Source: a virus | Lineage: Duplodnaviria; Heunggongvirae; Uroviricota; Caudoviricetes | Length of the DNA: 54,892 bases | Reading direction: 5' to 3' (one strand) | Virus record (IMG/VR): IMGVR_UViG_2568526312_000015 | Part shown: positions 42,745 to 52,360 of the stretch, in pieces | How positions within the stretch are numbered: the stretch's first letter is position 1 | Layout of the letters: each line of letters starts with the position of its first letter | Notes under the pieces: generated by a model | What the model was told of the DNA's origin: nothing | Databases searched by the model: none | Seen by the model: only the letters and a program-made list of their open reading frames with translations | Position numbers and translations under genes: made by a program

Positions 42745-43334
42745 CTAAAAAGATTGATATTCCATTAGATGATGAAATAAAAAAATATATTGAGGATTTT
42801 GATTTTAGTATTTTTTACTCTCTACCCTTATCATTGATTTTAAATGATATTGCAAATACACACCTTTATTTTAAGTACTTTAACGAGCTGTATGTCGTGA
42901 GAATCCCTCCAAATGAAATTCCAACATACAATTCAAAAAAAGAGTCTGTATATGTTAATGCACTGCTTCAAGCCTATTCAGAGCATGGAAATAAAACTTA
43001 TAGTTCTTTCTTAGAGCTTGATGATCCATACAGACGACACTTTAATAATAGTAGAAATGATTTTTATTTTGCATCTTCGCTTGAGGTTTTTGTCCGCGAA
43101 GTATTTAAAGATGATGTATTCAAAGCATTGAAATGTTACATTTCATCTTCAATTGAACCCGTCTTTTATGAAGACCATAATTATGCATTTATTAGGTGTA
43201 ATGCAGTCTTGAAGCAGGCTGTTCTGACACCAATTGCACATTCAGTACTATCAAAAATATGTGAAGCAAATGATAAAAAAGGAATATGCCATCATTTGGT
43301 TAATGATGGTGAAGTAATTTGGACGGTGAGATAA
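42717..43334 (+). CDS. Hypothetical protein; probable C-terminal continuation of the nuclease-domain protein (reached by a -1 shift in the A7 run)
   Basis: Overlaps the upstream ORF by 28 nt in the -1 frame; A_AAA_AAA heptamer at 42735..42741; AT-rich. Confidence 0.5.
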   Translation: MGFSNFKKITKKIDIPLDDEIKKYIEDFDFSIFYSLPLSLILNDIANTHLYFKYFNELYVVRIPPNEIPTYNSKKESVYVNALLQAYSEHGNKTYSSFLELDDPYRRHFNNSRNDFYFASSLEVFVREVFKDDVFKALKCYISSSIEPVFYEDHNYAFIRCNAVLKQAVLTPIAHSVLSKICEANDKKGICHHLVNDGEVIWTVR

Positions 43335-43792
43335 TGGTTAGAATTTATAATTCAAGTTTAGAAGTGGCATGTCGAATGGCGAAAGTGCTCGTCGCTATTT
43401 ATCCTTCTTCATTAAGCCTTGAACGGCTTATTTGTTTTGATTTTATTTTAGTAAATCTTAAGGATTTTTTACCTGAAGAGATTAGTCTTCATCCTCCAAT
43501 ACCCCGTAGAGATGCTCAGTTAGCCCTAAAACGAGAGATTGTTTTAGAATCATTGGCTTTGTTGCAAGGCTATGAACTAGCCTCAAAAATTTATACACAT
43601 CGTGGTTTTGTATATAAAGCTTCTGAAAAAACATATGCATTTACAAATTCTCTACATAATGAATATGTTGCGCAGATGGAGCATAATATAAATTTGGTGG
43701 TTAAGTTATATAGTGATATTCCTGATGAGCAGTTGCAATCAATTATAAAAAATAAAATTGGCAAATATGATATGGAATTTAATTATGAATGA
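43334..43792 (+). CDS. Hypothetical small protein (middle component of the candidate system)
   Basis: 152-aa ORF; ATG overlaps the upstream stop (TAATG) and its own stop overlaps the next start (ATGAATGA). Confidence 0.5.
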   Translation: MVRIYNSSLEVACRMAKVLVAIYPSSLSLERLICFDFILVNLKDFLPEEISLHPPIPRRDAQLALKREIVLESLALLQGYELASKIYTHRGFVYKASEKTYAFTNSLHNEYVAQMEHNINLVVKLYSDIPDEQLQSIIKNKIGKYDMEFNYE

Positions 43793-44417
43793 CAATTTTT
43801 TTACGTTCAGAAAAATAAAGGTAACCGGATTCAATAAATTAGATGCTATAATTGAATTTGGTTCTAAATTGACTATTTTATATGGTGGTTCTGACTCTGG
43901 AAAAACATACATATATTATTTGATTCGATATTTATTAGGGAGTGAAAAACTAAAAAATAAAGATATCGATCATGCTCAAGGTTATGATTTAGCCTATCTG
44001 GAATTTAATTTTCAAGGTAGGGTAATGACAATTGAGAGGTCTCTTCAGGATAGCGCCCATTACAGATTATATGATTCGAGCATTGAAAATGTTAGTGAAG
44101 CTAATCTGTTGATGGTTTTTTCCAAAAGTGCTTCGTCTAAAAAGAGTTTTTCATCATACTTTTATGGTAGGTTGAATTTCAAAGAGGCTAAAGTAAGAAC
44201 AAACTTAAGTAATACTCTTCATAAATTTAATCTTAATAATGTTTTTGAATTTTTTTGTATTGATGAATTAAGAGTGTTAACTGAGAAGTCGTTAATTCTT
44301 TCTGATATTCCTAGCGAGGAGACAAAAAGAAAGTCTGAATTTAAATTCCTTTTAACTCAGAGAGATGATACTAACTCCTTAGCAGAAAAACCAAATAAAA
44401 AAGCAAGATATTTTTAA
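43785..44417 (+). CDS. SMC/ABC-type ATPase, N-terminal head (Walker A)
   Basis: FTFRKIKVTGFNKLDAIIEFGSKLTILYGGSDSGKTYIYYL: SMC/RecF-like N-terminus with P-loop GGSDSGKT; ends at an in-frame TAA. Confidence 0.6.
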   Translation: MNDNFFTFRKIKVTGFNKLDAIIEFGSKLTILYGGSDSGKTYIYYLIRYLLGSEKLKNKDIDHAQGYDLAYLEFNFQGRVMTIERSLQDSAHYRLYDSSIENVSEANLLMVFSKSASSKKSFSSYFYGRLNFKEAKVRTNLSNTLHKFNLNNVFEFFCIDELRVLTEKSLILSDIPSEETKRKSEFKFLLTQRDDTNSLAEKPNKKARYF

Positions 44418-45038
44418 AAAAATCAAATTGCAAATATTTATGAGGAATTGAAAGCGCAATTAATTTATCCTGAATATGATCAAGTCATTGTTTCAAGAGA
44501 ACTTGAGAAAGTAGAGCAAGATATTGAATCATCGAAAGATATATTGAAAGGTATTGTTGATGCACTTGATGATAAGAAGCAATTATTAAAAGAGTTAAGT
44601 GATGAATTATATTCAATCAGTGACAGGGAAAAATACTTATCATTACTCATTGAAAGATTTAGTCTTCTTAAAGACCAATACTTTATAGATCTACAAAGAA
44701 TAGATGTTGTATCACAGGCGAATTTCTATTTAAATAATTTTGCAGATATTTATTGTGAGTTCTGTAATACACCGCAAAAAAAAGAAAATGAAATATCATA
44801 TGATGATTGTTTTTTGTCGTGTAATGCAGAAAAATTGAAAATCAAAAGCCAGCTGAAAGGATTAATTGAATCAATCGGATCTAATGTTCGCGAACATGAA
44901 TTAATTATGTTAAGAAAAAATGATGTTAATGAAATTTATCAATCAGAAAAAAGTGATTTTAAGACGTTAGAAGATAAAAATATAAAACAATACATTCATC
45001 TCTTGAATCACTTTATGAATATAAAGACAATCTTTTAA
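44418..45038 (+). pseudogene. Coiled-coil middle segment of the same SMC/ABC-type ATPase (separated only by an in-frame TAA; no ATG start)
   Basis: Same frame as 43785..44417; reading frame open immediately after the TAA at 44415..44417; helical heptad-rich sequence. Confidence 0.5.
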
Positions 45039-45604
45039 TGGATCACACAAAACATAGCATTCTATCTTCATTACAAGATAAAGAAGATGATGTTGACGAA
45101 CTTAAATACTCCGCCGAGGACTTTGACTCCTTAACAGTAGCTGATTTGTATGATATAGAAATAGCGATGCAAGACTTTTTGAATGATATAAATTTTGAAA
45201 ATTCTAAAGATAACAAAGTGCGATTTGACGAAGATACATATGACTTTAATATCAATGGGAAACGCCGAGGAATGTTTGGTAAAGGTACCCGTGCAGTAAT
45301 GCATGCTATATTTACCATTTGCTTTGCGGAATTTTTATCAAGAAAAGGGAATCCATTCATTGGATTTGTTGTGCTTGATAGTCCATTAGTGACGCACTTT
45401 GATAAAGATAGAGGGGGTTCTCTATCGGATGTTAATAGCGTCAGTCTCAGTGATTCATTTTATCACGCATTAATCAAAAGGGACTATAATTTCCAGATTG
45501 TAATTCTTGAGAATAAAGGTCCGACGTTCCAAATAAAAATTAATGATGCAAATAAAATCCATAACTTAAATAAGAATGGAAGCTCTGGTTTTTATCCTGT
45601 TTAA
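45038..45604 (+). CDS. SMC/ABC-type ATPase, C-terminal head (signature-like and Walker B)
   Basis: GKGTRAVMHAIFTI (signature-motif-like) then FIGFVVLDSPL (Walker B) about 25 aa later; TAATG overlap with the preceding segment. Confidence 0.55.
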   Translation: MDHTKHSILSSLQDKEDDVDELKYSAEDFDSLTVADLYDIEIAMQDFLNDINFENSKDNKVRFDEDTYDFNINGKRRGMFGKGTRAVMHAIFTICFAEFLSRKGNPFIGFVVLDSPLVTHFDKDRGGSLSDVNSVSLSDSFYHALIKRDYNFQIVILENKGPTFQIKINDANKIHNLNKNGSSGFYPV

Positions 45605-46013
45605 TACATTAAAAATATAACTGCTAATTGGGGTGCTCGAAATTATATTTCGTTTCGAGCGCTCAGTTCATTTCTAAATAATTTGCAAAATTATTTTGGG
45701 TACTTTCGCCTCTACACTTCCTTCGGGTGGTTCCACAATAATGGATCTCACCGGCGTTTGATATTTTATAATCTAACCCCTTAGCGCGCGCAGCCCCCCA
45801 CGCCTGCTCGCTTCGCTTAACAGACTGGTTTTCATGCATTCCGCAAATCGTCTCAGAAGCCACCACACAAGGGCTTTCGCGTCAAAAATGGTGCATGAGA
45901 ATCATGCGTTTTCATGCGCTATAGACATGCACTCATGCGCTCTCAGGCCAGCCAGGGAAAAGGCGTAAAAAATCCCAGTACTGGACCGGGATTACGTGGG
46001 CTTTTTTTGCTAA

Positions 46014-46286
46014 TCAGACAGGAATTTGCTGACGGCTTGACAGCTTTGACGCGGAGCCATAGCGATTGAGAGTTTGCTGTTGTTTTTCCGGCATTTGTGC
46101 TTTCTCTGATTCCTGTTCATTGCGCCGGGGCTTCATGATTATCGTATCCACACTTTCCAGTGCGGTAAATGTGTAGGAACATTCAAGATTCTGGCACTGA
46201 TACCATGAGCGTTTAACCGATGGTGCTTCATAGGCGGAGGTTCTGGCGTGTGCCGTCGTACCGCATTCGGGACATTTAAGTGCCAT
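46014..46286 (-). CDS. Ogr/Delta-family zinc-finger late transcription activator
   Basis: CPECGTTAHARTS...YQCQNLECSYTF pattern matching the P2 Ogr / P4 Delta C4 zinc finger. Confidence 0.8.
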   Translation of the reverse strand: MALKCPECGTTAHARTSAYEAPSVKRSWYQCQNLECSYTFTALESVDTIIMKPRRNEQESEKAQMPEKQQQTLNRYGSASKLSSRQQIPV

Positions 46287-46291
46287 TAATA

Positions 46292-46843
46292 TTACTCCTG
46301 CATGCCGTTAATGTAATCCAGACGTTGCTGAAAGCGCAGTTGTTGTGCAGGGGTGTAAGAGCTCTGGCAATCACGAACCATCATGGGGTCAGGCATCACA
46401 CCGGATTCATCCAGAATCATACGATAATCCCCGGCAATTTCAGGCGGTGTTATTGCCAGCTGGCGAACCAGAGCATTGCGTAATATACGGGACGCAACGT
46501 CAACCCCTCCGCGCCCCTTCAGGAACGGAGCCAGTGCAGATGTCAGGGCTGCTCCATTCGCCTGCATAAAATTGCTGAGAGCGTCTTCTGTGCAGGCCTC
46601 CATCAGTTGATGCTGCGAGTAAATGCATTCGCGCGCAGCACAGTTAATTTGCCATTTCAGCACATCCAGATGTTCCCGCTGTAATTCGAGCTGTCGAGCA
46701 TAATCTGCTGGTTTTTCCATGGCAGTGAGGAGTGATTCTATCTGTTGTTCAACGGCTTTTCGGCTCTCACTATGTCCAGCCCACAGAATACGGGCATTTC
46801 TAAAACTGATAAGCGCTTGGTCTGGAGTGACTCGGGCCATCAT
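46292..46843 (-). CDS. P4-like late-operon protein (possible Psu/Delta-region analogue)
   Basis: 183-aa helical ORF co-oriented and contiguous with the Ogr-like gene; assignment by position only. Confidence 0.4.
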   Translation of the reverse strand: MMARVTPDQALISFRNARILWAGHSESRKAVEQQIESLLTAMEKPADYARQLELQREHLDVLKWQINCAARECIYSQHQLMEACTEDALSNFMQANGAALTSALAPFLKGRGGVDVASRILRNALVRQLAITPPEIAGDYRMILDESGVMPDPMMVRDCQSSYTPAQQLRFQQRLDYINGMQE

Positions 46844-47592
46844 ACTGCTTTCTCCTTCTCAGCACGTTCCTGACGAACCTTCATTTTATGCATAGCTGCT
46901 GGAGAGAGTTTATTACTGAAATCCAGACGGGCCGCATAATCCGGGGCAACTCCCGCCAGTTTAAACACGGGGTCCTGTTCGGGCATCGCATCGTTAGTCA
47001 GAGCCGGTCTGGTGATATGTTTATGAATAAAATCTTTCAGCAGTGTGTCCGGGTCATTAACTGAATGCACCACACCGACAACTGCGCTGGCTTCCCTGCC
47101 CATTGTTGATTTGAGCAGGCTTAGTGTCTGGATTAGTGCTTTTCCATGCGACTGCATAAAATCTTCCCAGATTTGTTTTGCGCGAATACCCACAAGGGTG
47201 TCGTGCGCGTGGATATACTTTCCGGCTAATTCCGCAGCCTCCTGCGGCAAAAGTGCATTTTCGCTTTCCTGAGCCGCCAGCAGCTCATCAAAATCCTCAA
47301 GCGTTTCTCGTCCCAGCGCAATTTCCGTGCGCAGTTTTTTCATTTCCTTTGAGACTACGCCCTGACTTTCACGAAATAGCGTGCGCCACTCCTCATTCAG
47401 GGCGTTCGTCGTGGCTTCCATTTCAGCGCGGCGCTGGCGGATTGTCGCAATATTATCCGCTGCCGCTTTTTGCTGACGACGTGCTTCAAGCCATGCAGAT
47501 TTGGTGGCATTCACTTTCTCAAGCGCCTGTTGCGTCGAAACAGGGATAGAAATTTCAACGATCGGGTTATTGTTCTGTTCTGGGATTGTCAT
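46840..47592 (-). CDS. P4-like late-operon protein (possible Sid/Psu-type capsid-associated analogue)
   Basis: 250-aa coiled-coil-rich ORF at the head of the leftward operon; assignment by position only. Confidence 0.4.
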   Translation of the reverse strand: MTIPEQNNNPIVEISIPVSTQQALEKVNATKSAWLEARRQQKAAADNIATIRQRRAEMEATTNALNEEWRTLFRESQGVVSKEMKKLRTEIALGRETLEDFDELLAAQESENALLPQEAAELAGKYIHAHDTLVGIRAKQIWEDFMQSHGKALIQTLSLLKSTMGREASAVVGVVHSVNDPDTLLKDFIHKHITRPALTNDAMPEQDPVFKLAGVAPDYAARLDFSNKLSPAAMHKMKVRQERAEKEKAV

Positions 47593-47756
47593 GTCAGCAC
47601 CTAGTGGTTTGTCGTGGTGTCAATTGTGCTGTGATGCATACAAAGCTGCCATTGAACGCCATTGTGCGAGCGACAAGACAAAGACTGAACCGCCCCGGAC
47701 CTCTTTTGGCTAGCCAGAAAAGGCCTCGTTTAACTAAGGCTGTTTCAGACTTACCT

Positions 47757-47975
47757 TAACTATTCACTACTATTCACTTAGGTAAAAAAAATAGGTAATA
47801 CAGAAGGTTATAAGGTGAAGGGTTGGCATGGCAGTATTCATCGACTGTTCATAACTGTTCACATGGGAATAAAATTATTTATGGTATTTTTTCATAATGG
47901 GTGGTTTTTTTATTCCTCGTAGCTATTTGTTTTTTGCTCCTCACCACTATTCACCCTTATTCAGGAGTATTCAAC
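47757..47975. repeat. Iteron-like repeats (CTATTCAC and variants) in the divergent promoter region
   Basis: TAACTATTCACTACTATTCACTTA at 47757..47780 and CACCACTATTCACCCTTATTCAGGAGTATTCAAC at 47942..47975. Confidence 0.4.
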
Positions 47976-48525
47976 AGGCACATAAATAGACTGCATGTTT
48001 TTGCCGGGGAATAACATTTTCGCCTCTGGCCATGGTGTTGCATTTCATACTGATTTTTATAAAACTAGATCTGTCCGGTTCTTTATGGATTCATTCGGAT
48101 ATATTTTACGATTTAAGGTGATGTTATTTAATATCAAGGTTTTTATGCAGGCCCAATGTTTATAAGTTGGATGCGATTCAAAAATATGCCCGGAAATTGG
48201 GGCCTGCAATGCAAGGCCTCGTGTAGAAGTTGTACTGCCTTGCTGTATTGGCGGTGGGGTTAGCACTATCAGGTGCAATGACCCATAGGATAGTAAACCC
48301 TGGGTGAATGGTAGTTCCTATTAATGCTCCTGTATTTATAGTCCGCAGGCATGGTATTTATTATGTCATTTTATATGGTTTAATCGGGCTTTAAATTCCA
48401 TAAAATCAATATGTGACGCTAAATAAAAAATGCGTGCGCAGGTGGTTTATATACACATAATAAGGAACTACCTGAACCCGGATAAATTCATCCGGACTGT
48501 TGTGGAAATTAAAGAGGGTAGATAA

Positions 48526-48786
48526 ATGCGTAATATTTCTGTGTCTGCGCCAGCTCCTGCTGCGCCATTATTTCCTGTATCGAACCATCATGAGCGATTT
48601 TTACGCCTGCCTGAGGTGATGCACTTATGCGGGTTGTCCCGTTCGACCGTTTACGACCTGATCAGCCGCGATGCGTTTCCGAAGCAGATCCCGCTTGGCG
48701 GTAAAAATGTCGCCTGGGCACAGTCTGAGGTCAGCGCATGGATGGCGGACCGCATCAGCGCCCGTGGGCGGGGATGTGATGCATGA
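48526..48786 (+). CDS. AlpA-family transcriptional regulator (prophage regulatory HTH)
   Basis: [47 protein letters not shown] matches the AlpA-family pattern. Confidence 0.75.
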   Translation: MRNISVSAPAPAAPLFPVSNHHERFLRLPEVMHLCGLSRSTVYDLISRDAFPKQIPLGGKNVAWAQSEVSAWMADRISARGRGCDA

Positions 48787-49340
48787 TGATACCTGCATAC
48801 ATTAAATACCTTTATTCTGGCTTGCTTACTGTCGTCATTTCCAGGTATAGTTTTTCCGCTGTCGCAAAATCGGCAGCCGGAATTGGCGTTCCGTATAACT
48901 TATTGGCGACAATTGACGCCCCTTGCGTCTTTTTTTACGTCGTAGCTCAGGCACAACCATTTTCAGGGCTGTGGTGTTTATGCTTACACCATGGTTCTAT
49001 CGAGATAATGGTAGTCCGGGCGGGGCAGCCTTCGGGCTGGCCGGTTTCCAATAAGGCCGGTTACGCCAACCCCGTTCGGGCTGCCACCAGTGAAATTGGC
49101 GTTTCCGGTGGTAGCAATAACCGCTACTTATTGGAGGCTGCCATCATGGCTACAATCCTCACCCCGTCACACCCGCAATATGTCTTTGTGTTTGCCGCAA
49201 TCCGCCGTGCTGACACTCACCCCCGCATCTGTATGCTTCGCACTGTCTCCTGCGATGAGCGTTCCGCGCGCCGTTTGCTAGTCCGAGATTATGTACTCTC
49301 CCTTTCTGCACGGCTGCCTGCCGGGGAGGTGACGCTATGA
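48783..49340 (+). CDS. Hypothetical protein (the N-terminal two-thirds may be non-coding)
   Basis: 185-aa ORF of odd composition; only the C-terminal ~65 aa looks protein-like. Confidence 0.25.
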   Translation: MMIPAYIKYLYSGLLTVVISRYSFSAVAKSAAGIGVPYNLLATIDAPCVFFYVVAQAQPFSGLWCLCLHHGSIEIMVVRAGQPSGWPVSNKAGYANPVRAATSEIGVSGGSNNRYLLEAAIMATILTPSHPQYVFVFAAIRRADTHPRICMLRTVSCDERSARRLLVRDYVLSLSARLPAGEVTL

Positions 49341-49558
49341 ACCAGTTTGAGATTTCCTACGACGATGTTGTAAGGCTGAAACATTTACGCAATGTGGGTG
49401 AGTATGTAACTGGCATGGCAGCCCTGCAGGACTGTTATGAAAAGCCAGCAGGTGCCCAATGCGAACAACTGGTTTCCCTCATTTATCTGATGACAGAGCA
49501 ACTGGATGGAGTGGTGCAACGCTGCCATGACGACCTGATGAATGCGGAGGTGGCCTGA
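49337..49558 (+). CDS. Hypothetical P4-like small protein
   Basis: 73-aa ORF in the operon upstream of the primase. Confidence 0.4.
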   Translation: MNQFEISYDDVVRLKHLRNVGEYVTGMAALQDCYEKPAGAQCEQLVSLIYLMTEQLDGVVQRCHDDLMNAEVA

Positions 49559-49881
49559 TGATATGCTGTGAATCTCTTCTGGCACTTCGTGCCGCTCTGT
49601 ATCGCCGTGCCGTTGCCTGTGCCTGGCTGGCTCTAAGCAATCATCAGGAACGTTATTCCGGCCTGACGCTCGCTGAACTTGAAGATGCCATAGCCCGCGA
49701 GCTGGAAGGGTTCTATCTGCGCCAGCATGGGCAGCAAAGAGGGCTGGAAATTGCCTGCGCGTTGCTTTCGGATCTGATGGAGTCGGGGCCGCTTAAAGCC
49801 TGTCCGGTTCTCTCACTGCTCGGAATGACGGTCATGGATGAACTTTGTTCCCGTCACCTCAACAAACCAGCGCTGCACTAA
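49558..49881 (+). CDS. Hypothetical P4-like protein
   Basis: 107-aa ORF immediately upstream of the primase. Confidence 0.4.
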   Translation: MICCESLLALRAALYRRAVACAWLALSNHQERYSGLTLAELEDAIARELEGFYLRQHGQQRGLEIACALLSDLMESGPLKACPVLSLLGMTVMDELCSRHLNKPALH

Positions 49882-49894
49882 GGAGGGCCGCACA

Positions 49895-52228
49895 ATGTCA
49901 GGAATGAAAGTTAGCCAGGCTGAGAAAGCAGCTCGGGGTCACTGGTCAAGAATTTTACCTGCGCTGGGCGTAAATGTACTGAAAAATCGGCACCAGCCCT
50001 GCCCGGTCTGTGCCGGGAAAGACCGCTTTCGATTTGATGACCAGGAAGGGCGGGGAACGTGGTTCTGTAACCAGTGCGGGGCAGGTGATGGCCTGGCGCT
50101 TGTAAGTAAAGTACTGGATGTAGGCATTAGTGAAGCGGCAGACAGAATAAACGGCATTATCGGAAACCTGCTGCCAGTATCTCAGGGAATGCTTGAATCT
50201 GGTTCTCCTGAAAAAGAGGACGGGAGAAAAGCTGCAGCAGTGCTGGCTGCCCGTTTGTTTGATAAGTCCCGCCAGACCACTGGCAATGCCTATCTGACGA
50301 GTAAAGGGTTTCCTGCACTGCCTTGCCGGGAATTAACCGCTATGCATAAAGTCGGTGGTGTGGCATTTCGCGCGGGAGATCTTGTCGTTCCATTGTATGC
50401 AGATGGAGAGCTGGTAAATCTGCAGTTAATCAACGCTAATGGGGGCAAATGCTTCCTTAAAGGCGGTCAGGTTAAGAATGCCTTTTACCTGGTTGAAGGT
50501 ACTGCCAAAGCAGCCAAACGGCTCTGGATAGCGGAAGGATATGCCACCGCACTTACTATCAACTATCTGACTGGCGATGCTGTCATGGTGGCCTTTTCGT
50601 CCGTCAATTTCCTTTCCCTGGCGAGCATTGCCTGCAGTGAGTACCCAACGCACCAGATAATTATTGCTGCTGACCGCGATCTCAACGGTGCGGGGCAAAC
50701 AAGGGGCGCAGCTGTTACCGGGGCCTGCAATTGCACAATGGCGCTCCCGCCTGTGTTTGGTGACTGGAACGATGCATTCACGCAAAACGGCGAAGAAGCC
50801 ACCCGGCATGCAATTCATGAAGTAATAAAACCAGCTGTTGCCAGCCCCTTCGACACAATGAGCGAAGCTGAATTTACCGCGCTGAGCGTCAGCGAAAAAG
50901 CGCAGAGGGTAGTGGATCACTATAAAAATTCACTGGCAGTAGACCCGAACGGGCAGCTCCTTTCACGCTATGAGGCGGGGGCCTGGAAAGTTATCTATTA
51001 CGCCGATTTTGCCCGTGATGTCGCTGCGCTGTTTCAGCGCCTCGACGCACCTTTTTCATCCGCGAAAATTGCGTCTCTCGTGGAAACCCTCAAACTGATC
51101 GTTCCGCAACAGCAGAATCCGGCGCGGCAACTTATCGGATTTCGCAACGGTGTGCTCGATACCCGGACAGGATTGTTCAGCCCGCACGATAAGAAGCACT
51201 GGTTACGTACGCTGTGCGAGGTGGATTACACGCAGCCCGTTGACGGTGAGTCACTGGAAACCCATGCCCCGGCATTCTGGCGCTGGCTGGATCGTGCCGC
51301 AGGTTTTAATCCTGAAAAACGGGACATTATTCTGGCTGCATTGTTTATGGTGCTGGCTAACCGTTATGACTGGCAGCTGTTTCTGGAGGTCACTGGCCCT
51401 GGCGGAAGTGGAAAGAGTATTCTTGCTGAAATAGCAACCATGCTGGCGGGTGAAGATAACGCGACCTCGGCAACCATTGAAATGCTTGAGTCGCCAAGAG
51501 AACGAGCTGCGTTAATAGGTTTTTCACTGATTCGACTTCCCGACCAGGAAAAGTGGAGCGGTGACGGGGCCGGACTAAAAGCCATCACTGGCGGCGATGC
51601 GGTATCCGTTGATCCCAAATATCAGAACGCCTATTCAACCCACATCCCGGCGGTCATCCTGGCTGTGAACAATAATCCGATGCGCTTCACTGATCGTAGT
51701 GGTGGAGTTTCACGCCGAAGGGTGATCCTGCATTTCCCCGACCAGATAGCCCCGGAGGAACGCGATACCCAGCTCAAAGAGAAAATTGCCAGTGAGCTAG
51801 CGGTGATTGTTCGCCAGCTTATGCAGCGTTTCAGCGACCCAATGAGTGCCAGGACATTGCTTCAGTCACAGCAGAACTCCGATGAAGCGCTCACCATCAA
51901 ACGTGATGCTGATTCAGCTTTTGATTTTTGCGGCTACCTTGAGGTCCTACCTGACACCACGGGCATGTTTATGGGGAACGCTAATATTGTTCCACGTCAG
52001 CCTCGAACTTACCTCTACCATGCCTATCTGGTCTACATGGAGGCTAACGGCTATAAAAATACGCTCAGTCTGACCATGTTTGGCAAGGGGCTACCGTTAA
52101 TGCTCAAGGAATATGGGCTGCAGTATGAGAAACGACGGACCAATCAAGGAATGCAGACTAATCTGGCCCTAAGAGAGGAAAGCAATGCTGACTGGTTGCC
52201 AAAATGCGATGAGTTTGCAGCGAAATAA
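49895..52228 (+). CDS. P4 alpha-type primase/helicase (zinc-binding primase, TOPRIM, P-loop NTPase)
   Basis: CPVCAGKDRFRFDDQEGRGTWFCNQCG zinc-binding motif; Walker A GPGGSGKS; AGGAGG RBS before the ATG. Confidence 0.85.
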   Translation: MSGMKVSQAEKAARGHWSRILPALGVNVLKNRHQPCPVCAGKDRFRFDDQEGRGTWFCNQCGAGDGLALVSKVLDVGISEAADRINGIIGNLLPVSQGMLESGSPEKEDGRKAAAVLAARLFDKSRQTTGNAYLTSKGFPALPCRELTAMHKVGGVAFRAGDLVVPLYADGELVNLQLINANGGKCFLKGGQVKNAFYLVEGTAKAAKRLWIAEGYATALTINYLTGDAVMVAFSSVNFLSLASIACSEYPTHQIIIAADRDLNGAGQTRGAAVTGACNCTMALPPVFGDWNDAFTQNGEEATRHAIHEVIKPAVASPFDTMSEAEFTALSVSEKAQRVVDHYKNSLAVDPNGQLLSRYEAGAWKVIYYADFARDVAALFQRLDAPFSSAKIASLVETLKLIVPQQQNPARQLIGFRNGVLDTRTGLFSPHDKKHWLRTLCEVDYTQPVDGESLETHAPAFWRWLDRAAGFNPEKRDIILAALFMVLANRYDWQLFLEVTGPGGSGKSILAEIATMLAGEDNATSATIEMLESPRERAALIGFSLIRLPDQEKWSGDGAGLKAITGGDAVSVDPKYQNAYSTHIPAVILAVNNNPMRFTDRSGGVSRRRVILHFPDQIAPEERDTQLKEKIASELAVIVRQLMQRFSDPMSARTLLQSQQNSDEALTIKRDADSAFDFCGYLEVLPDTTGMFMGNANIVPRQPRTYLYHAYLVYMEANGYKNTLSLTMFGKGLPLMLKEYGLQYEKRRTNQGMQTNLALREESNADWLPKCDEFAAK

Positions 52229-52360
52229 CTGACCTAAGACCGGCTGTGCCGGTCTTAAATCCGCTACAGGAAATTATCTCAAAATATATATCGATAAAAT
52301 TTAAAAGTTATATGCTAAGGCGTCAGCGGAAAATGCATCTAATTCATTGTTAGATGATGT

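Noticed and set aside
45605-46013. Small ORF 45663..45866 (minus strand) in the spacer between the cargo operon and the Ogr-like gene
   Set aside because: Atypical composition and no RBS; the region more likely holds terminator hairpins and repeated CATGCG motifs.
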